DNA from: Azolla caroliniana
Taxonomy: Eukaryota; Plantae; Polypodiophyta
DNA length: 15,530 nt
Assembly (NCBI GenBank): GCA_043228905.1
Contig: JBHGNT010000796.1
Span: 1-15,530, forward strand
Direction: 5' to 3'
Shown: positions 9,916 through 15,530 of the stretch, in pieces
Layout: each line of letters opens with the position of its first letter
Position numbering within the stretch: the stretch's first letter is position 1
The notes under the pieces: generated by a model
The model's input: the letters and a program-made list of their open reading frames with translations, nothing else
What the model was told of the DNA's origin: nothing
Databases searched by the model: none
Position numbers and translations under genes: made by a program

Positions 9916-10151
9916 TAAAAATTTTATACAACCAATGAATTACCACTACAACATCATTGAATTAATGAACAAAATTACATATAGACTATATACATGATTA
10001 GATGGGCGAAGAAAAAATAGAAAATAAATAAATAAGGAAAGAGTTACCGAAGTTCTTTGTTGATCGTTGTCTGGATCAAGGCCGACCGCACATCAATCGA
10101 TCACCATCAATCAAGAACACCAAAGACAACAAAAGAAACATTAGAACATGA

Positions 10152-10163
10152 GCTCGGATACCA
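10152..10163 (-). other. Primer-binding site (tRNA-iMet-like) of element B
   Basis: Minus strand reads TGGTATCCGAGC, one mismatch from canonical TGGTATCAGAGC, 2 nt from the presumed LTR end. Confidence 0.8.
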
Positions 10164-10165
10164 AC

Positions 10166-10535
10166 TATTAGAGATATGTACTAATGTAAGCAAAGGATAA
10201 GGATAAACGATAGATCTAGATAGAGAGGAGAGAGAGAAAGAAGGGTGCCAATCCACCCGACCACCCCCGAGCGAAGGGATCGAGATAGACTCTATCCTCG
10301 ATTGGCGTCCCAACCCACCACCGTGGTGTCGAGTCATACCCGGTGCTGGTGCGCTCGCTACAAGAGTTGACCTGCCACAAGAACAGAGTCTCGACGTAGT
10401 CAAAAGATGATGAAATCAGGGTAGCTAGGCAACTTATTTATAACGATACCCAAGGCCCCCAAGCAAGTTCACACTTGGCCTAATGGGTTGTCTCAATCCC
10501 GAGGATTAAAAGTAACCCTCCCCTTCTTTACACTC
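10166..10535 (-). mobile_element. Element B 5' LTR remnant (part of U3, R, U5)
   Basis: Abuts the PBS. Terminus reads TATTA on + (mutated TGTTA). Minus-strand TATAAATA at 10435-10442 and a CT-rich tract downstream. The upstream boundary is approximate. Confidence 0.65.
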
Positions 10536-10643
10536 TGTTACCGCCTGGCAAAGGAGTCCAAAGTGTTAAATGAAGGAGTTATTTAATTATTAAGGAATGG
10601 TTGTAAGTAAGCTATTAGTGTGGACGGACGAACCAGAATCGGT

Positions 10644-12299
10644 ATGCCGTTCCGGATCCGGACTGATCCCAAACAAGTGCGGATGGCACCGTTTTGTACT
10701 ACAAACCAGAAACCGAATCCCTTCTCCAGGCGTTGGCAAGCAGAGAAGGCGAAGCAAAAGCCTTTTCAGCGTATGAATCAGATTCCGAAGGGGGATACAA
10801 CGTGCACACGAACTACCGTAGCAGCAACGACACCCCGGGCGGACCGGAGGATGAAGGATCGGACACCTTATCGACACCGGAACCGGAAGCGCTAAGGTTG
10901 GAACCTCCGGAACCAGAAGCAGAGCAAGAGCGACCTCCGACACCGGAAGTCGAGGAGGAGAGGCCTCCGTCACCAAAAGAAGAGGAAAGACCACCGACAC
11001 CGGAGACAAATCAGGAACGACCACCAACACCACCAGCCCACGCACCGATACCGGACGACGATATGCCGTTCGAGTACTCCAAGTATAGAGATGATCCGGA
11101 CGCGGAAGCTCATGTTCACGCCTTTGAACAGACATGGGAAGCAAACCATGTGTCCCATCGATTGACACCGGAGGAAGAGGAACGCTCTAAGATAGCGGAA
11201 TTTGGCGTCACATTGGAAGGACCGGCAGCAAGATGGCGTCGGACGCAAGACCCGTCTACCATCACCACCTTCGCAGATTTAAAAGCTAAATTCTTGCATT
11301 TTTTCCAAAGGGAGGTGGACCAGACAGTAATGGTGGGCTTGTTTTATACCATCTGACACGAGGCAGGGGAGAGCATTCCCTAGTTTGTCATCCGGTTTCA
11401 ACGGATGCATAGTCAGCTTGCCTGCGCACCCCCGAAGGAGGAATTACGGACTATATTCCTAAATGCGCTCCGGGAACCCCTGCGCATGGTTTGCACGGTA
11501 ATTGACTTCCGCGCAAGTACCATCAACCAGGTCATTGACTGGGTGAGAGAAATGGAAAAGACAAGCTCCTGGCTCACACTGGGAGCACTCCAATGGGCGT
11601 TACCGTCCGATGAAGACCTCCAGTTTCGGCAAGCAATACAGTGCACAACCTGCTTGAATTCCAGACATTCGGCACTAGAATGCACTATGAGGACGCAATG
11701 TGTAATCTGTCAATCGAAGGGCCATACGACGGATAGGTGCGAGTATAATCTATTGAACCGACAAGCATCGCCCGTCCGACAAATAGAGCCACGCAGCAGC
11801 CGGGATGAAGAAGAGGAACGCTGGCGGCGAATGGACCGCGACCGACTGGCACAGGATGCCCGGTATGGCAATCGACGGGAGAATGATGTCCGGTACGGTG
11901 ATCGGCGGGATAACTACGACCGGTACGATAGAGATGATCGGTACCGGGATTACAATAGATGATACGAACATTACGACCGAGAGCACTCCCCTGGGTATCG
12001 TCAGCAACGGGAGGAATACGGCAGATATAATGACCAACCTCGTCAAGAGTACTGCAATAAGAAGAACTATAACAAAAAACGGCATTTCAAAAAAGGCGGC
12101 CACCCACGGGATCCGGCAAGGAGCTTCAAGCAGCCAACCGGCCCAAAACCCCGCGCTTACCACGGGACTTGCCTCGGGTACAACAAACAATGCCGAATCC
12201 AGCAATACCCGGAAAGCCTACTGCTACTACTGTTGACAGGAAGGCCATTATAGTAATCAATGCCCGGCGAAGAGCTATGACAAACGACCGACAGTAAAT
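10644..12299 (+). pseudogene. gag: Element C gag with Pro/Glu repeats, capsid-like core, RD/Y-rich tract and three CCHC knuckles
   Basis: FGVTLEGPAARW..TFADLKAKFLHFF, FVIRF, FLNALREPLR. CCHC motifs at 11642, 11699 and 12222. Stops at 11354, 11381, 11960 and 12234, with probable frameshifts near 10673 and 12100. Confidence 0.85.
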
Positions 12300-13271
12300 A
12301 TGGTAGTCCCTGAAGTGGTAGATCTGCAGCAGGTGACCACAAGGTCAAAGGGCATGGCCAAGGAATGGAAGATGCAGGAGACCATCCGGAAGCAAGCGAC
12401 GGAATGGGTGAAGAAAGCAAACGAGCAAAACGTAACAGACTTACATCGGCAAAAGGAGAACACCATAGGGCTTGCCGGCGGCAGTCACTCCGAGAACAAG
12501 ATATGGCAGGCGTTGCAAGAATGCCAGATTACGCTGCCACTAGAAAGACTCCTACAGCTCGTGCCGAGATTCACGGAAGGACTGAAGACAACCATGACGG
12601 AAGGAGAATCATCACCGGCACCGGTACTCTTCTCGAATCTGGAGGAGGGACCAACGGTGGTGGACACCAACAATCCGGTAATTACTGCCATTGTAAAAGG
12701 GAAAGGACTTCCCGACACAGTAATAGACGGAGGCTCCGGTGTGAATGTCATAAGCCTCCGGACGTGTGATGACCTGGGAATCCACGAGTGGGAGCCGTGT
12801 CCGTTCTGGTTACGGATGGCCGATACAAGCTCAATGCGGCCGACAGGATTAATACGAAAATTAGAAGTCACCGTTGGCGGTCATACATTTCACATCTCCG
12901 CAGTAGTGCTACAATTACAGGCACAAGGCGCGTACGCGCTATTGCTGGGGCGGCTGTGGTTGAAAACGGCACATATCAAACAGAATTGGAGGAAAAATAT
13001 AATTACCTTCTGGCGAGGAAAAGCCAAGGTACGTGTACCAACACAGCCAAGGACAAGCACTAGCAAGGAATGTACACCATTGTATGCAGAGTGCATCAAC
13101 ATGCTAGAAGGGTTAGCTGACGAAGAAGAAGCCCAGTACTTGCAGGAAAACCCGAAGATTGTACCCCTCTTCGAAATTGACATTGCCGAAGCAGTAGCAC
13201 CATACTTACCGCATCCAGAAGAGACTGAAGCAGAACCGGATACGTTGGAACGGGAAATGGCCGTTTCATAG
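12300..13271 (+). pseudogene. Element C aspartic protease region
   Basis: TVIDGGSGVNVI, LRMADTS, YALLLGRLWLK. In frame with RT, separated only by one TAG at 13269-13271. Confidence 0.88.
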
Positions 13272-14463
13272 CGCGTAAAAGCGTCGCAACTTGAAGAGGT
13301 GAACCTAGGGACCACAGACGAAGCAAAACCGGTGCACATCGCCAAGGAGATGAGGTCCGACGACAAAATGGTGATGATCACACTTCTCACGGAGTTTCGC
13401 GACGTGTTTGCCTGGTCATACGAAGACATGCGAGGGCTCGACCCTCAGTTATACCAGCATCAGATTCACTTGAGCAAGGACGCAAAACCAGTGGCACAAA
13501 GACGGTACCGGATGAATCCCAATTATGCCGCCAAAGTCAAGGAGGAAATCGACAAACTGCTAAGAGTTGGCTTTATCCGTCCGGTAAAGAAAGTGACATG
13601 GCTGAGCCCGATTGTAGTCGTATCGAAGAAGAACGGAAAAATTCGAGTTTGTGTGGACTACCGGAAACTCAATGCGGCTACGGTAACGGATGCGTTTCCA
13701 CTTCCGTTCACAGATGGAGTGTTGGATGCAGTCGCTGGCCATGAGGTCTATAGCTTTCTAGATGGATTCAACGGGTATAATCAGATCCGGATGCACCCCG
13801 ACGACCAAGAGAAAATGGCTTTCGTCACCGAATGGGGGGTGTTTGTGGCCATGGTGATGATGTTCAGGCTCAAAACGGCACCGGCAACATTCCAACAAAT
13901 CATCATGGAAATCTTTGGTGAATATATCTCGGAAACCCTACTAGGACATATTGTGAGCCAGGAAGGCATTGCAATCGACCCGGACAAAGTGAAAGACATA
14001 TTAGAAGCACCGGCGCCGGTAACGGCAAAGGCATTGAGCCAGTTCTTAGGCCAGATCCGGTGGCACAACCGGATGCTCCGATACTTGGCCGACCTGGCTA
14101 CACTATTGCATGCCGCAGTACATCGAACACCATTCCAGTGGACGGACACCGAGGATAGGGCGTATACGGCCCTCAAGGTACTATTGTCGCAAGCACCGGT
14201 AGTGCAGCCTTCAGATTGTAGTAAAGAATTTCATGTGTTCGTGACGCCTCCGACATCGCAATCGGAAGCGCACTGATGCAGCTTACGGAGCCAAAGTGGT
14301 ACCGGCCAGTGTACTATGCCAGCCGAAAGCTATCCCAAGCGGAACGGAACTACTCTACCACGGAACGGGAAGCTCTAGGGATGATCTACAGTGTGACAAA
14401 GTTTCGGCATTATTTATTGGGAAGGAAGTTTCCCTTCCCTGTAGATCATTCGGCACTCCTCTA
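13272..14463 (+). pseudogene. pol: Element C reverse transcriptase (catalytic segment deleted) and partial RNase H
   Basis: VNLGT, AQRRYRMNP, WLSPIVVV.KKNGKIRVCVDYRKLN, FLDGFNGYNQI, APATFQ and LLGHIVS, with no [YF]xDD. After a frameshift at ~14242: DASDIAIG, YYASRKLSQAERNYSTTEREAL, FRHYLLG, DHSAL. Confidence 0.93.
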
Positions 14464-14919
14464 TGTTACCCGGACCCGGACAGTCAGTTTTACCGAACAG
14501 GTGGGAAAGCGTCGAAAAACAGAGTCGGTTCGGATCGACTGTTCGGATCAATGACTCAGCAGTAAAACGAAGAGAACTAAGTTAGTTAGATAATTTTGTA
14601 AATCTTGTTAGAGAGTAGGAATAGTTCTTGATGAGAAAAGACCTTCGGTATACCTATAAAAGGGAACTAAAGGCATTGTAAGAAAGGTCGTTTTATTTAG
14701 TAATAATAGTTTAAGTTAGGAATATCTTGTACGGATTCTGTGTTTCTCTGTTGTCTATGATCTTAAGTGCAAGCTTCCTAATTTATAACTAAATAACGAT
14801 CACGATAATTACTGATTAATATAGCAATTCCGTTCGTAAAACACAATTCCTTGTTAGAACGTTGAGTAGCGACGTTCACTCTTCTGTATCGGTAGTAGTT
14901 AGTAATTAGCCGATTAACA
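14464..14919 (+). mobile_element. Element D 5' LTR (~456 bp)
   Basis: TGTTA...TAACA inverted termini. Begins exactly where C's RNase H homology ends (DHSALLY|). TATAAAA at 14655-14661. Confidence 0.75.
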
Positions 14920-14930
14920 CAGAAGAATTT

Positions 14931-14943
14931 TGGCACGCCCGGT
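14931..14943 (+). other. Primer-binding site (tRNA-Arg-like) of element D
   Basis: TGGCACGCCCGGT resembles the Tat-type PBS complementary to a plant tRNA-Arg 3' end (from recall). It lies between the LTR and gag. Confidence 0.6.
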
Positions 14944-14978
14944 TACATCTGCAATTAAGCAGAGAACAATTCGAATGG

Positions 14979-15530
14979 ATGTCGTATGAAGAGGAGGCAC
15001 CGGTCAGTTGTAAGCGCCCTCGTACAAGGTCAGTTACGAAGGTAGTGCAGCAAGCGTTCATTACGAAAGAACAGCCGGAATCAAGCACAAAGTGGTCGAA
15101 ACTCCCTGACTTATCCGATCAATTACCTTCAGACGAAAAACAGACGGAAGAGGTATCGTTTTACGACATTTGGGACGATATGCCTTATACTTATTCTAAG
15201 TTCCGGGAAGGAACAGATGCAGAAGCACATGTTAGGGATTTCTTAACGACATGGGAGATTAACCATGGAGCTCAGCGATTGTCGGCAGATGCCGAAGATA
15301 AGTCAAAAATCGCTGAGTTTGTCTTATCATTAGACGGATATTCCGCTAATTGGTTTGCGCAGAACGGTCTTCAAGGATTTCCATCCTTCGAAGTATTAAC
15401 TAGTAAATTTTTACAATTATTTCATCAACAAATTCCGCAGAAGGATTTGATTGCGCAATTTTATGCGTTATATCAAGAAAAAAATGAAACAGTATCTCAG
15501 TTTGTGATACGATTTCAGAACTTACAGCTT
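14979..15530 (+). CDS. gag: Element D gag, partial (runs off the window and is absent from the ORF track)
   Basis: 184 stop-free codons: MSYEEEAPVSCKRPRTRS...DDMPYTYSKFREGTDAEAHVRDFLTTWEINH..RLS...SKIAEFVLSLDG..ANWF...FVIRFQNL. Clearly homologous to element C gag (DDMPFEYSKYRDDPDAEAHVHAFEQTWEANH..SKIAEF). Confidence 0.9.
   Translation, partial: MSYEEEAPVSCKRPRTRSVTKVVQQAFITKEQPESSTKWSKLPDLSDQLPSDEKQTEEVSFYDIWDDMPYTYSKFREGTDAEAHVRDFLTTWEINHGAQRLSADAEDKSKIAEFVLSLDGYSANWFAQNGLQGFPSFEVLTSKFLQLFHQQIPQKDLIAQFYALYQEKNETVSQFVIRFQNLQL

Larger units (their letters stand above)
4003..10535 (-). mobile_element. Element B: degenerate chromovirus (Ty3/Gypsy, possibly Tcn1-like) with partial LTRs at both ends
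   Basis: Minus-strand order is partial 5' LTR, PBS, leader, gag, PR, RT, RH, IN, chromodomain, PPT, start of 3' LTR (TGTTA). Confidence 0.9.
10536..14463 (+). mobile_element. Element C: degenerate non-chromovirus Ty3/Gypsy (Athila/Tat/Phygy-like) gag-PR-RT-RH
   Basis: Domain order gag, PR, RT, RH and the VFAWSYEDMRGLDP signature. Interrupted in RNase H by element D. The 5' boundary is uncertain. Confidence 0.85.

Noticed and set aside
13269-13271. Programmed stop-codon readthrough between PR and RT in element C
   Set aside because: No CARYYA-type context, and the element carries many similar C>T nonsense changes, so decay is the simpler explanation.
10590-14176. Multiple minus-strand and alternative-frame ORFs (e.g. 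10590-11168, 11750-12205, 12890-13429)
   Set aside because: They overlap element C gag-pol and their composition is explained by the sense strand.

Overview
This is eukaryotic, almost certainly land-plant, repeat-rich DNA. The retroelement types suggest a moss/bryophyte such as Physcomitrium, which is inferred rather than proven. The window is a nest of LTR retrotransposons, mostly decayed, and contains no host genes. (A) 1-~3130, + strand: a Ty3/Gypsy-type gag-protease-RT, interrupted by an isolated LTR (235-882) and truncated by a second isolated LTR (3152-4002). (B) ~4003-10535, - strand: a nearly complete chromovirus (PBS, ~1.6 kb leader, gag, PR, RT, RNase H, IN, chromodomain, PPT) with both LTRs broken by later insertions. 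(C) ~10536-14463, + strand: a non-chromovirus Gypsy (Athila/Tat/Phygy-like) gag-PR-RT-RNase H. (D) 14464-end, + strand: a younger relative of C inserted into C's RNase H, with an LTR, a tRNA-Arg-like PBS and an uninterrupted gag. I found no convincing new biological system. The best leads are a candidate -1 frameshift between protease and RT in A, a palindromic repeat/spacer-like array in the leader of B, a three-zinc-knuckle Gag in C, isolated LTRs lacking target-site duplications, and a 15-mer shared by two different LTRs.
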